A stretch of 64,000 bases of DNA from Treponema sp. (GCA_009780855.1 WQZG01000009.1:4270-68269), one strand, 5' to 3'; counted from the stretch's first letter, positions 10,087-19,996 are shown. Made by a program: numbers and translations. Notes: a model not told the origin generated them from the letters alone.

Positions 10087-10896
10087 TTATAGTTCCTTAA
10101 CCTGAATATTCCGCCACCGGCAGGCAGCTCCCGGAGCCCACCGGTAATCACCCATAAGCGGATCGTTGCTGTGGACCTCAAGTGCAATATGCCCGGCAGG
10201 ACCTAATAAATTACTGACCGCTTCCCTGTCATAATGCGGATAAGTAATTGTCCCTGTATCCATCTCGCACATTTTTACACCGTTAATCCATGATGTTAAT
10301 ACAGGGTACTTGCCGACGCAGCGGACAGTAAAACTGTTCCATTCACCCCAGCGCCAGAGTTTAATAAATTTTTCCGGCTCTATCGCGTAACTCATAAGCG
10401 CGAGTTTCTCGCTGGTAATGTTCATAACCCGGACTTCCGGTTTTTCAAGATGAATCCCGATAGGCTTGCCGTTGCTGTCAAAATCCGCGTCAACCGTAAA
10501 ATGGAAAGCGGGGATCTGCCCGATACCGTTCCCGTAAAATCCGCCGATGTTGCCTGACTTGCGGTGGTCCAGTAAAATCTGGAATCCCTGCGAACCAATG
10601 GATGTGGCGCGGACCAGAAGCCCGGTATCAACCGACCAGTCCGGCCGGGCTTCGTAACTTAATTCAATATCCCCGAACGTATCATCGGAGAGCAGGTATC
10701 CGCCAAGGCCCTTGATTTCCTGTCTCCCGATGATCGCGCCGTCTTCAACAGTCCAGGTACCGCTGGTAGAAGCATTGGCTTTGTATTTCTCGGAATTTTT
10801 ATCCGGCTCCGGGCCTCCCGGATATTGGGGCACGGGCAGCCGCGGTACGGCATGCCAGCCTTTTAATGTTTTACCGTCAAATAAATTCTTCGTCAT
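10087..10896 (-). CDS. DUF1080 (3-keto-disaccharide hydrolase family) protein
   Basis: 'LFDGKTLKGWHAV', 'WTVEDGAIIG', 'YLLSDDTFGDIELSYEAR', 'DTGLLVRA', 'IALEVH'. This is the concanavalin-like DUF1080 pattern. Confidence 0.75.
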   Translation of the reverse strand: MTKNLFDGKTLKGWHAVPRLPVPQYPGGPEPDKNSEKYKANASTSGTWTVEDGAIIGRQEIKGLGGYLLSDDTFGDIELSYEARPDWSVDTGLLVRATSIGSQGFQILLDHRKSGNIGGFYGNGIGQIPAFHFTVDADFDSNGKPIGIHLEKPEVRVMNITSEKLALMSYAIEPEKFIKLWRWGEWNSFTVRCVGKYPVLTSWINGVKMCEMDTGTITYPHYDREAVSNLLGPAGHIALEVHSNDPLMGDYRWAPGAACRWRNIQVKEL

Positions 10897-10897
10897 G

Positions 10898-11332
10898 TTA
10901 TTTTTTAACCTCTCTCTGGCTTTTCCTTTGCGGAGATTCCGGGGACAACTGCATCATTTCAATCCTGTTGCCGTCCGGATCGGCGATAAAACATTGATGG
11001 TTAAGGTCGCGGCCAACCCGCGGTCCGCCTACGATTTCAATTCCTTTTTCTTTAAAGTAAGCCAGTGTTTCTTCCATGTTATCCACTTCGAAGCACATAT
11101 GGCCCGCGGTAATTGCCTTGGCATCGGGTTTTTCCTGCTGGGCCGGACCCATTTGTATAAGTTCGACAAAGTTGCCGTCGGGCAGCATCAGGTAGGTAAC
11201 CATCAGCTTACCTTCTTCATTGTGGATCTGGAACGCTAATTTTAACCCCAGCTTATCGCAGTAAAATTCAATAGACTTATCAAGGTTTTTGACTGCCAGA
11301 TTAATATGGCCGAATCTTTTTACTATACCCAT
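10898..11332 (-). CDS. VOC (glyoxalase/bleomycin-resistance/dioxygenase) family protein
   Basis: 'FGHINLAVKNLDKSIEFY', 'GHMCFEVDN', 'DPDGNRIEMMQ'. Confidence 0.8.
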   Translation of the reverse strand: MGIVKRFGHINLAVKNLDKSIEFYCDKLGLKLAFQIHNEEGKLMVTYLMLPDGNFVELIQMGPAQQEKPDAKAITAGHMCFEVDNMEETLAYFKEKGIEIVGGPRVGRDLNHQCFIADPDGNRIEMMQLSPESPQRKSQREVKK

Positions 11333-11343
11333 ACTTTATGCTC

Positions 11344-12939
11344 CTAGTTCTTGCTCATGTAATTGTCAAAAGCCTTCTGGTTCATGGCAATCGCATCTTC
11401 AATACCGTAACTCTTGAGCTGGGCGATATAAGCGTCAAACCTGCTCAGCGGTTCGGCTCCGGTAATGAACTTGAGGGTCATCTCGTCCACATAGGTATTT
11501 ACATCGGTCATTATTTTGCCGGCTCTTGTGACGTCATCAGCTGCGAGGGAATAATTGGGCAGTGTAAAATCGCTGTCGACATCAGGATCCTGGGCAAATT
11601 GCTGTTTGATCGCGAATACATCCGGGAACAAAATGGTGTTGGGATTGCATTCGATTCCGGTCCGGGTAACTTTTGGCCCATGGAAAATTTTGAGAATATA
11701 ATTTACGGCTTCAGGCGGATATTCGGGATTGTTAAGCGCGAAATCGTTAAGCTGCGGTTTCCCGTTCACCATGTTGTAAGTAACGCCTTCCACGCCAAAA
11801 TCATAAACAATGCTGCCTTCTGTTGTGTAACCGTAATTGAGGAATCTGACCGCTTCTGTCTTGTATTTGGTATTGTTGAAAATGGCGACTTTTCCTTCAG
11901 CCTTGACCGGGTATACTTCCCAGTCATATACATGCAGCTTGTCTCCCATATTTATGCGCGGATACAAAGTAGGCATTGTGCCGATTTTGAGGTCCTTTGC
12001 CCAAATAAGGAAGTTATCGATTCCGCCGTTAATTGCCAAAGTATCGCCCTGCTGGAACATTGACTGGCGCTGGGGATTCTTGAGTGACGGGAAATCATTG
12101 TTGATATAGCCAAGCTTATACCAATCGGCAAACTGCTGGAGGTAAGCGCGGTATCCGGCTTCGTAGGGGCCGAATTTTATCTTGCCGTTATCTTTATAAA
12201 AATTGGGAAATACATTGTAGGCGCCGATAAAATATTTTTCACGTCCGTTCTCAACCGGAATAAGGCCGCCCTTCCCGGTCTTGTCCTTATACGCCTTGAA
12301 GATCGCGGTATAGTCTGCGATGGTAACCGGCAGATTATTAAAACCAAGATCTTTTATAAGATCGTCCCTAACCATTATTCTCATCAGCGCAGGATCGGAG
12401 ACAGGCTTTATCTGGTAGAAGGCCGGCAGCAGGTTTTCCGGAGTTGTAACATCACGCCATATTTTGGGATCAGATTTAATCATTTTATAATAATCGGGCG
12501 CATATTGCTGAACATAGGGAGTAAGCTCAAGGAATACACCATCCCTGACGCCGGCAGCTTCACCGCCCCTGTACCTTTCCGGCCCCTCAATAAGATCCGG
12601 AAGATCCTGGGAAGCAATCATCATATTGAACGCTTCCGCTTCCTGACCGGCTACAGGGTGAATAAACGACAGTTTTATACCTGTTTTTTTCTGCAATTCC
12701 TGGAAAGCCAAATTTTCATCGTAGCTGCGGATGTATTTGGACGCGACCGGATTAAGCCCAAGGAAATACTTTAGTGTTACTGAACCGTCGGTCACAATCG
12801 GATAACCGGAGGCTGTTACAGACGCTGCCGAAGGGGCGGCGGACGCTGAGTTCCCGCTTGCCCAGGCCGAAACGGCGCAAATCCCGATAAGCAGGATCAG
12901 GATAAACGCTTTTGAAACTTTACCTGTGAATCTGGACAT
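11344..12939 (-). CDS. ABC transporter extracellular solute-binding protein (paralogue A)
   Basis: N-terminal signal peptide 'LILLIGICAVSAWASG'. LplA-like size. Tandem with a paralogue and two permeases. Confidence 0.85.
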   Translation of the reverse strand: MSRFTGKVSKAFILILLIGICAVSAWASGNSASAAPSAASVTASGYPIVTDGSVTLKYFLGLNPVASKYIRSYDENLAFQELQKKTGIKLSFIHPVAGQEAEAFNMMIASQDLPDLIEGPERYRGGEAAGVRDGVFLELTPYVQQYAPDYYKMIKSDPKIWRDVTTPENLLPAFYQIKPVSDPALMRIMVRDDLIKDLGFNNLPVTIADYTAIFKAYKDKTGKGGLIPVENGREKYFIGAYNVFPNFYKDNGKIKFGPYEAGYRAYLQQFADWYKLGYINNDFPSLKNPQRQSMFQQGDTLAINGGIDNFLIWAKDLKIGTMPTLYPRINMGDKLHVYDWEVYPVKAEGKVAIFNNTKYKTEAVRFLNYGYTTEGSIVYDFGVEGVTYNMVNGKPQLNDFALNNPEYPPEAVNYILKIFHGPKVTRTGIECNPNTILFPDVFAIKQQFAQDPDVDSDFTLPNYSLAADDVTRAGKIMTDVNTYVDEMTLKFITGAEPLSRFDAYIAQLKSYGIEDAIAMNQKAFDNYMSKN

Positions 12940-12953
12940 AATTCATTTCTCCT

Positions 12954-14561
12954 TTAAAATGTTGTTTTGCTCATATAAATATTATAAGCTTTCTGGTTCA
13001 TTGCGATGGCATCTTCAATACCGTAACTTTTTAACTGGGCGATATAGGCATCAAATCTGCTTAACGGCTCAACACCGGTAATAAACTTCAATGTCATCTC
13101 GTCTACATACGTATTAACATCTGCCATTATTTTACCGGATCTGGTGGCGTCATCGGCGGTAAGCGTGTATGTCGGCAAAGCAAATTCCTTGTCAACATCC
13201 GGATCTGCGGCCAGGTCGGTTTTTAACTGATAAATATCCGGGAACAGCAGAGCGTTGGGATTGCGATCCCTGCCGGGACGGGTCAATTTGGGGCCATGGA
13301 ATACAAGGAGAACATAATTAACCCCTTCCGGCGTTAAAGTCGGATTATGAAGCGCGTAATCGGTCAATTTGGGCTGTCCGTTTACCATTGTAAATGTAAC
13401 TCCCTCTACTCCAAAATCATAAATAAGGCTGCCTTCTGTTGTATAACCGTAGTTAAGGAATCTTATGGCCTGTTCTTTATATTTGGTCATATTGGAAATG
13501 GAAATAACTCCGCCGCCGCCGGCCGGTTTTACAGGATACGCTTCCCAATCATCAACATGGAGTTTGTCTCCCATTTTTAAACGCGGATACAATGTTGGAA
13601 TAACATTAACGCCGGCTTCCCTTCCCATAATAAGGCCGTTGTCCACATCCCACTGTATAGCCGCGGTCTCTCCCTGTAAGAACATTGTCTGGCGCTGCTG
13701 AGCCCTGGTTGACGCAAAACCGCTGTATAAATATCCCTGTTTATACCAATCTGCAAAAAGCTGCAGATAATCTTTGTATCTGGGTTCGTAAGGTCCAAAT
13801 TTTATTATGTCGTTTTCTTTATAGAAAGCATTGTAAATATCATATGCTCCCATAAAGAACCGTTCGCGCCCGTTTTCAAGCGGTATATAGGCTGCTTTGC
13901 CTGTCTTTGCCAGGTAAGCCTTAAAAATCGCGGTATACTCATCAATTGTTACAGGCGGTTTAACACCCAAATCTTTTAATACGTCATCCCTGAATACTAT
14001 CCTGTTCAGTGCCGGATCGGTTACCGGTTTTATCTGATAAAAAGCGGCAAATTTATTTTCCGGTGTAGTAACTTCCCGCCAGATTGCGATATCTGATCTT
14101 ACAAGATTGTAATAATCGGGAGCGTATTTTTCGATGTACGGAGTTAAATCAAGATATACTCCGTCAGCAAGGCCTGCTCCTATACCGCCCCTGTAACGCT
14201 GAGGGCCGTCGATCAAATCCGGTAAATCCTGGGAAGCGATCATCATATTGAACGCTTCTGTTTCCTGACCGGCTACCGGGTGAATAAAATCCAGTTTTAT
14301 TCCGGTCTTCTTCATTATCTCCTGGAACGTGATATTTTCCGAATAATTGCGGATATAATTGGCCGCGGTCACATTAAGTCCGATAAAAAATTTTAAAGTT
14401 ACCGAACCGTCTGTTACAATCGGATATCCGGAAGCAGTTACAGAACCCGCGGCAGGAGCAGCAGACGCTGAGCCCCCGCTTGCCCAGGCAGAGGCAGCGC
14501 AAATCCCGATAAGCAGGATCAGGATAAACACTTTGGAAACTTTACCTGTGTTTTTTGGCAT
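12954..14561 (-). CDS. ABC transporter extracellular solute-binding protein (paralogue B)
   Basis: Nearly identical signal peptide and C-terminal ~55 aa to the 11344-12939 product, with a diverged central part. Confidence 0.85.
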   Translation of the reverse strand: MPKNTGKVSKVFILILLIGICAASAWASGGSASAAPAAGSVTASGYPIVTDGSVTLKFFIGLNVTAANYIRNYSENITFQEIMKKTGIKLDFIHPVAGQETEAFNMMIASQDLPDLIDGPQRYRGGIGAGLADGVYLDLTPYIEKYAPDYYNLVRSDIAIWREVTTPENKFAAFYQIKPVTDPALNRIVFRDDVLKDLGVKPPVTIDEYTAIFKAYLAKTGKAAYIPLENGRERFFMGAYDIYNAFYKENDIIKFGPYEPRYKDYLQLFADWYKQGYLYSGFASTRAQQRQTMFLQGETAAIQWDVDNGLIMGREAGVNVIPTLYPRLKMGDKLHVDDWEAYPVKPAGGGGVISISNMTKYKEQAIRFLNYGYTTEGSLIYDFGVEGVTFTMVNGQPKLTDYALHNPTLTPEGVNYVLLVFHGPKLTRPGRDRNPNALLFPDIYQLKTDLAADPDVDKEFALPTYTLTADDATRSGKIMADVNTYVDEMTLKFITGVEPLSRFDAYIAQLKSYGIEDAIAMNQKAYNIYMSKTTF

Positions 14562-14643
14562 AATTTATGTCTCCTTAAAAAAAATTAACGGCTTTATAAA
14601 AAACCGCGATAAACACCCCAAATGTTTTATAAATAAAAATTTT

Positions 14644-15531
14644 TTATTCCTTTAACGAACCAAGCATTACGCCCCTTATAAAAAACTTCTGGCAGAAGGG
14701 ATAAGCGCACAGTATCGGTATGGTAGCGACAATAATCGTACAGTACTTAACAATAATTTCGATAAGCGGCACTATACCTTCCGCACTGGCGTCTGCCATA
14801 ACGTTTCCGCTTGACGAGTTAGCCAAAAGTATTTCCCGCAGTATTACCTGGAGCGGCAGCAGACTTCTGCTTCTGATATATATAATGGCCGGCAGCCAGG
14901 AATTCCAGTTTTCAACAACATAGAACAGCGCGATAACCGCGGTAGTTGCCTTGATCACAGGCAGTATAACCTTGAACAAAATTACAAAGTCATTCGCTCC
15001 GTCGATTTTGGCCGATTCCTCAAGGCTGGGCGGCACCGAATTAAACGCAGTCCTCATAACTATCATGTTCCATGTTGTGATCGCTTCCGGCAGAATCAAA
15101 GCCAGCCGGGTATCATAGATCCCGATGGCGCGGACCAAAAGAAGACTCGGAATAAGCCCTCCCCCAAAATACATGGTAATAATAATCATTATCATAAAAA
15201 ATTTTTTGATATACAGGTTCTTTCTAGACAGGGTATACGCTCCAAGCATTGTCAAAAGCATACTCAATGCCGTTCCAACTAAAACGTAAAATAAAGTATT
15301 CATATAACCGGTAAAAATATTGGGATTCTTGAGAACTACCCTGTACCCGGCCAGGGTAAATCCCAGAGGTTTAAGCAATATACCTGTGAACTTCGTTAAT
15401 TGCTGCGGTTCGCTGAATGACGCAAAAACAACATATAACAGGGGATACACACAAACTACGGCAAATAAAACCATAAAAATATAATTTGCCGAATCAAATA
15501 TATAATCCCCGATATTCCGTTTAGTAACCAT
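14644..15531 (-). CDS. Carbohydrate ABC transporter permease (MalG/LplC-like)
   Basis: EAA loop 'ESAKIDGANDFVILFKVILP' and multi-TM profile. Confidence 0.9.
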   Translation of the reverse strand: MVTKRNIGDYIFDSANYIFMVLFAVVCVYPLLYVVFASFSEPQQLTKFTGILLKPLGFTLAGYRVVLKNPNIFTGYMNTLFYVLVGTALSMLLTMLGAYTLSRKNLYIKKFFMIMIIITMYFGGGLIPSLLLVRAIGIYDTRLALILPEAITTWNMIVMRTAFNSVPPSLEESAKIDGANDFVILFKVILPVIKATTAVIALFYVVENWNSWLPAIIYIRSRSLLPLQVILREILLANSSSGNVMADASAEGIVPLIEIIVKYCTIIVATIPILCAYPFCQKFFIRGVMLGSLKE

Positions 15532-15557
15532 TCACCCGATCTCCCCTGCCTGTTCCG

Positions 15558-16478
15558 TTACCATAAACTTTCATTGGTAATTTTTTTACTTAGCTTGTTC
15601 GCAATTATCAATGTCGCGATATTGATAACCGAGTTAAAAAGCCCGACAGCGGCGCCCAGGCCGTAATTCTGTTCAACCAGTCCGCGTCTGTACACAAAAG
15701 AAGATACGACATCGGCTGTTTCATACGTCAATGGATTATACAGCAGAATAATTTTCCCGAATCCCAGAGACATAATACGGCCCATGCGCATTATCAGAAG
15801 GGTGGTAATTGTCGGTATAAGCGACGGCAGTGTAATATGCAGCGCCTGCCTGAACCTTCCCGCGCCGTCAATTACGGCTGCTTCATAGAGGTTCATGTCG
15901 ACTCCGGACAATGTAGCAAGGTAAATTATGCTTCCCCACCCAATGCCCTGCCAGATATCACTGGCCACAAAAATCGTCCGGAACAGTTCGCTGCGGGTTA
16001 AGAGGCTGGTGGCTTTACCTCCAAACATAACAATAATCTTGTTAAAAAGGCCGTTCATGGTTGAAAAATCGGTAATCATACCGCATATAACAACCAGCGA
16101 AATAAAATGCGGCATATAACTTATAGTCTGAACCACTTTTTTGAAACGTATGGCCCTCATTTCGTTAAGCAGCAGGGCAAGGATTATGGGCGCGGGAAAC
16201 GCGAAAATTATCTGGTAAATATTGATGACAAACGTATTGCGGATGGTCCGCCAGGCATAAGGTCCGGTCAAAAAATCAATAAAATTTCCAAGACCGATCC
16301 AGGCGCTCCCCAATATACCCTTGAACGGCCTGTAATCCTGAAAAGCGACTACAATACCGCCCATTGGTATATAGTGGAAAACGACGTAAAACAGGAGAAC
16401 CGGGAAAAACATTATATAGACAAATTTATTGATCGATATGTCTTTGGATAATTTAACAATAATACCAGGCTTCTTCAT
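15558..16478 (-). CDS. Carbohydrate ABC transporter permease (MalF/LplB-like)
   Basis: EAA loop 'EAAVIDGAGRFRQALHITLP' and multi-TM profile. Confidence 0.9.
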   Translation of the reverse strand: MKKPGIIVKLSKDISINKFVYIMFFPVLLFYVVFHYIPMGGIVVAFQDYRPFKGILGSAWIGLGNFIDFLTGPYAWRTIRNTFVINIYQIIFAFPAPIILALLLNEMRAIRFKKVVQTISYMPHFISLVVICGMITDFSTMNGLFNKIIVMFGGKATSLLTRSELFRTIFVASDIWQGIGWGSIIYLATLSGVDMNLYEAAVIDGAGRFRQALHITLPSLIPTITTLLIMRMGRIMSLGFGKIILLYNPLTYETADVVSSFVYRRGLVEQNYGLGAAVGLFNSVINIATLIIANKLSKKITNESLW

Positions 16479-16602
16479 TCTGCCCCGCCATAAAATTATT
16501 TTATAGTCTTGCCATTTAATTAATTTTTTACTATAAATAATTAATATAAATTACCATGATACCGGTAATTTGTCAAGAAAAATTATTAAAAAGGAGAAAA
16601 TT

Positions 16603-17067
16603 ATGGAAAATCCGGTAGATTTTAACGGTTTTATTCAAATTGCAATCATTGTTAAAGATATTGAAGCGGCAGCAAAGGCCTGGAGCAAATTTTTCAATGT
16701 CCCGATGCCGGAGATCAAAGGAAGCAAAGAAAAAACCGAACGCCCCGGTGTCACATACCGCGGCAAGGATGCTAATTACGGCCTAAGGATTTGTTCCATT
16801 GCGGCAAAAGATCGGGGATTTATCATCGAACTGCACGAATGCAACGGCGGCGACAGCACATTCCAGGAACATCTTGATAAACACGGATACAGTGTTCACC
16901 ATCTTGGTTTTAACATGGGCGAAAAAACAGACGCTGTAATCGCCGAAATGGAAAAAGAAGGAATAAAGATCCGCCAGCACGGCCCGGGCTGGACTGTTAT
17001 GGATACCGAAGAAGTGCTTGGCGTCAACCTGAACATCAAGCCAAAGGGCCCGGTCTTCCGCCATTAA
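16603..17067 (+). CDS. VOC family protein
   Basis: 'IQIAIIVKDIEAAAKAW', 'HHLGFNM'. I prefer the ATG at 16603 (AAGGAG 6 nt upstream) over the TTG at 16570 in the ORF track. Confidence 0.7.
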   Translation: MENPVDFNGFIQIAIIVKDIEAAAKAWSKFFNVPMPEIKGSKEKTERPGVTYRGKDANYGLRICSIAAKDRGFIIELHECNGGDSTFQEHLDKHGYSVHHLGFNMGEKTDAVIAEMEKEGIKIRQHGPGWTVMDTEEVLGVNLNIKPKGPVFRH

Positions 17068-18301
17068 AAAGAAAATGCCGTATGGCGCAGGCCGCGCCGC
17101 CGGCTGAGCAGCGGTCTATATCATAGTCCTTGAATTCAAACTCGGTTTCGGAATCGGTGAGCGCGAAAATATGCTCCCTGACTGTCTCCCGCAGCCTGGT
17201 CTTTAGATCGGGGCGGGAGAAAACCTGGCCGTCAACAAGAACAAGTTTGGGATTAATAAGGTTTATTACATTGGCAATACTGCAGCCGAGGTAATAAATC
17301 CCTTCATTTATAATTTCTGCGGTTTTTTTATCGCCCTTGTCCCAGGCGGACAATATTTCGCCGATTGACGGGTTATTGGGATTTTTGATTTCCTTTTTTA
17401 GCACTGAGGAAGTATTTCCTGCAGAAGTTTTTCCCGCCATATACTCCGCCACCTGTTTTTTAATGCCGTATTCGCTTGCTACTGTTTCAAGACAGCCGAG
17501 TTTGCCGCAGCGGCATTCAGTCCCGTCCCTGACAACAATCGAATGGCCAAGCTGACCGGCCCCGGAAATATTGCCCTGCAGAAGTTCGTTATTGTTCACA
17601 ATGGCGCAGGCTATGCCTTCGCCCACAAATACATATAAAAAATTTCCGGTAATTCCGCAGGTCTTGTTTTTCCATCCTGAAAAAAGCATTTCCCCTATTG
17701 CCATTATGCGGACGTTATTCTCGACACAAACCGGCAGCCCGATGCGGTCTTCCAGCTCCTTTCCGACATTAATATTTTTCCATCCCTGAACAGGCGAATA
17801 ACGTACTATACCGGTTTCTATTTCTACAAAACCGGGAACCCCCACTCCGACTCCCAGGATTTTATCTTTTTGTAAACGGTTCGCTTTTATCAAACGCTTA
17901 ATCATCTCCGATGTTTCGTTAATGACAGAATCCACTTCCCATTTTTTAACCGGGCTCCTGGCCTTATCCAGGACATTACCCCGCAGATCTGTAACTGAAC
18001 AAATTATTCCGTTGGGTCCCCAATCCGCTCCTATGGCATAAGCGGCGTCATTTACTATATCCAGCAGAATCGGTTTTCTTCCCAGGGCTGCGTCGCTGCC
18101 CTGGCCGGATGTCTTCCCGCATTCTGCCACAAGTTTGGCATCTATAAGGCCGGCAATATTGGATGTAATCGTAGGCGGCGCAAGAGAAGTAATATTGGCA
18201 ATTTCTATCCTGGAAATGGGGGCGTGGAAAAAAAGAGTCTGCAGGATTTTGGACTTGTTATTCTGATGTACCAAAACCATATTGGAACCTTTAAAGTTCA
18301 C
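17036..18301 (-). CDS. ROK family transcriptional regulator (NagC/XylR-like)
   Basis: N-terminal wHTH 'ISRIEIANITSLAPPTITSNIAGL'. ROK sugar-kinase fold with 'GHSIV...CRCGKLGCLE' zinc motif. GTG start with GGAGG RBS. Confidence 0.85.
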   Translation of the reverse strand: MNFKGSNMVLVHQNNKSKILQTLFFHAPISRIEIANITSLAPPTITSNIAGLIDAKLVAECGKTSGQGSDAALGRKPILLDIVNDAAYAIGADWGPNGIICSVTDLRGNVLDKARSPVKKWEVDSVINETSEMIKRLIKANRLQKDKILGVGVGVPGFVEIETGIVRYSPVQGWKNINVGKELEDRIGLPVCVENNVRIMAIGEMLFSGWKNKTCGITGNFLYVFVGEGIACAIVNNNELLQGNISGAGQLGHSIVVRDGTECRCGKLGCLETVASEYGIKKQVAEYMAGKTSAGNTSSVLKKEIKNPNNPSIGEILSAWDKGDKKTAEIINEGIYYLGCSIANVINLINPKLVLVDGQVFSRPDLKTRLRETVREHIFALTDSETEFEFKDYDIDRCSAGGAACAIRHFLFNGGRPGPLA

Positions 18302-18435
18302 CGCGCGCCTCCGAAAATTATTCTATCATTGATAGCTGTAACAGACAAGATAATTTATTATTTATTGTAATTAAATAATGGAAATGTACAATAACCCGGC
18401 CGGAACACTGCGGCAGTTCCTGGTCCGGGCTGTAT

Positions 18436-19935
18436 TTACACGCTCCATTTTTCCATTAGAGGATATTTTACGTCGGTATCCTTATATTCTTCCTTGCATC
18501 TTTTAAGCATGATTTTTAATTCATTAACAGTATTTTTATATGAATTATCTTCATACAGGTTCTTTAATTCATACGGGTCATTTTGCATATCGTAAAGTTC
18601 CCAGCCTGCAGGCGTTGGTTCATTAACCGCGCCGGCCGCGTCCAGGGGAAGCCCGTAGTAATAAATCAGTTTCCAGCGTTCGGTCAGAATGCCGTAGTGG
18701 GCCGGGTTATCGTGCCTGTGCGCCCGGTGCATCCAGTAACGGAAGTAAACCGATTCCCTGACGCGCGCCCCGGCAGCGCAGGCGATCATGTTCCGGCAGG
18801 AAAATCCCTGCATTTGCGGCGGAATTTTTATGCCCGCGTAATCAAGCAGGGTGGGCGCGATGTCTATGTTTGCCATAAGTGAATCAAGTACGGAGCCGGC
18901 CATGATTTCTCCGGGATAACTGATCAAAAACGGAGCGCTGAGGCTTTCTTCGTAACTCCAGCGCTTGTCCTGGTAATCGTGTTCTCCAAGGAACATCCCC
19001 TGGTCTGATGTGTAAACAATAACAGTATTGTCCAGGAGGTCCTGGTTCTTTAGTTCATCCAGAACCGATCCAACCGAATCGTCAATTCCCTTTACAGTGC
19101 GCAGATAATCCTTGAGGTACTTTTGATAGGCGGCAAGGCCTTTTTCCTCAAAGGTCATATTCTCGGTATTTTTTAACGGTCCGGTTACATAATCATCCGC
19201 AAGAAAATCCCGGTACAGGCTGCGTACTTTACTGCGCGGAGTAACGGAACTCCCGTAATCCCTTGAGGCAATGCTGCGGTGGCTTTTATCCTCGAACAGG
19301 CTACCTGTAACAGGTATGTCAACGCCGTCAAACAGATGCTCATGCCGTGGGGCATACTCCCAAAAATCATGGGGCGCCTTGTGGTGGCACATCATAAAAA
19401 ACGGCCTGCTTTTATCGCGTACGGCCAGCCAGTCAAGGCATTTTTTTGTAATAATATCGGTTACATAACCGGGATATACTTTTTCGCCCCTGCCCTTGTC
19501 AAAGAAAAGCGGATCGCGGTAAGTGCCCTGTCCGTCCGCGCCGGTTAAAACCGAATAATCGTCAAACCCCTGCGGCTCGCAGTGCAGGTGCCATTTCCCG
19601 AACACCGAAGTTGTATAACCGCCATCACGAAGCAGGGCCGCCAGGCTGAGCCTGGCCGATTGAGCTGCCGTCTGCGAATCCAAAGATGACGGTATCCAGC
19701 GATCGCTGAGCGTACGCACTCCATTAACATGGCCGTACTGGCCTGTCATTATGGTCGCCCTTGCTGGTGTGCAGATTGAATTGGTGCTGTAGAAACGGTT
19801 CAGCCTGGCGCCGGCATCCGCGATCCTGTCAAGATTGGGAGTCTTAAAAACTTCGGCCAATATGGATTGGTAACAGCTCACCGCGTTGGCCGAATGATCG
19901 TCGGACATAATAAACAGAATATTCGGCTTGTTCAA
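18436..19935 (-). CDS. Cys-type sulfatase without a signal peptide
   Basis: 'PNILFIMSDDH' and sulfatase signature 'CTPARATIMTGQ' (C-x-P-x-R), 'GKWH', 'SDQG'. An in-frame TAA sits two codons upstream of the TTG start, so there is no room for a leader peptide. Confidence 0.85.
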   Translation of the reverse strand: MNKPNILFIMSDDHSANAVSCYQSILAEVFKTPNLDRIADAGARLNRFYSTNSICTPARATIMTGQYGHVNGVRTLSDRWIPSSLDSQTAAQSARLSLAALLRDGGYTTSVFGKWHLHCEPQGFDDYSVLTGADGQGTYRDPLFFDKGRGEKVYPGYVTDIITKKCLDWLAVRDKSRPFFMMCHHKAPHDFWEYAPRHEHLFDGVDIPVTGSLFEDKSHRSIASRDYGSSVTPRSKVRSLYRDFLADDYVTGPLKNTENMTFEEKGLAAYQKYLKDYLRTVKGIDDSVGSVLDELKNQDLLDNTVIVYTSDQGMFLGEHDYQDKRWSYEESLSAPFLISYPGEIMAGSVLDSLMANIDIAPTLLDYAGIKIPPQMQGFSCRNMIACAAGARVRESVYFRYWMHRAHRHDNPAHYGILTERWKLIYYYGLPLDAAGAVNEPTPAGWELYDMQNDPYELKNLYEDNSYKNTVNELKIMLKRCKEEYKDTDVKYPLMEKWSV

Positions 19936-19996
19936 TTTTTATTAATCATGAAACAGTCAGCCAGGAAACTGCCATTCAGGATTCCCCGTTAATATT

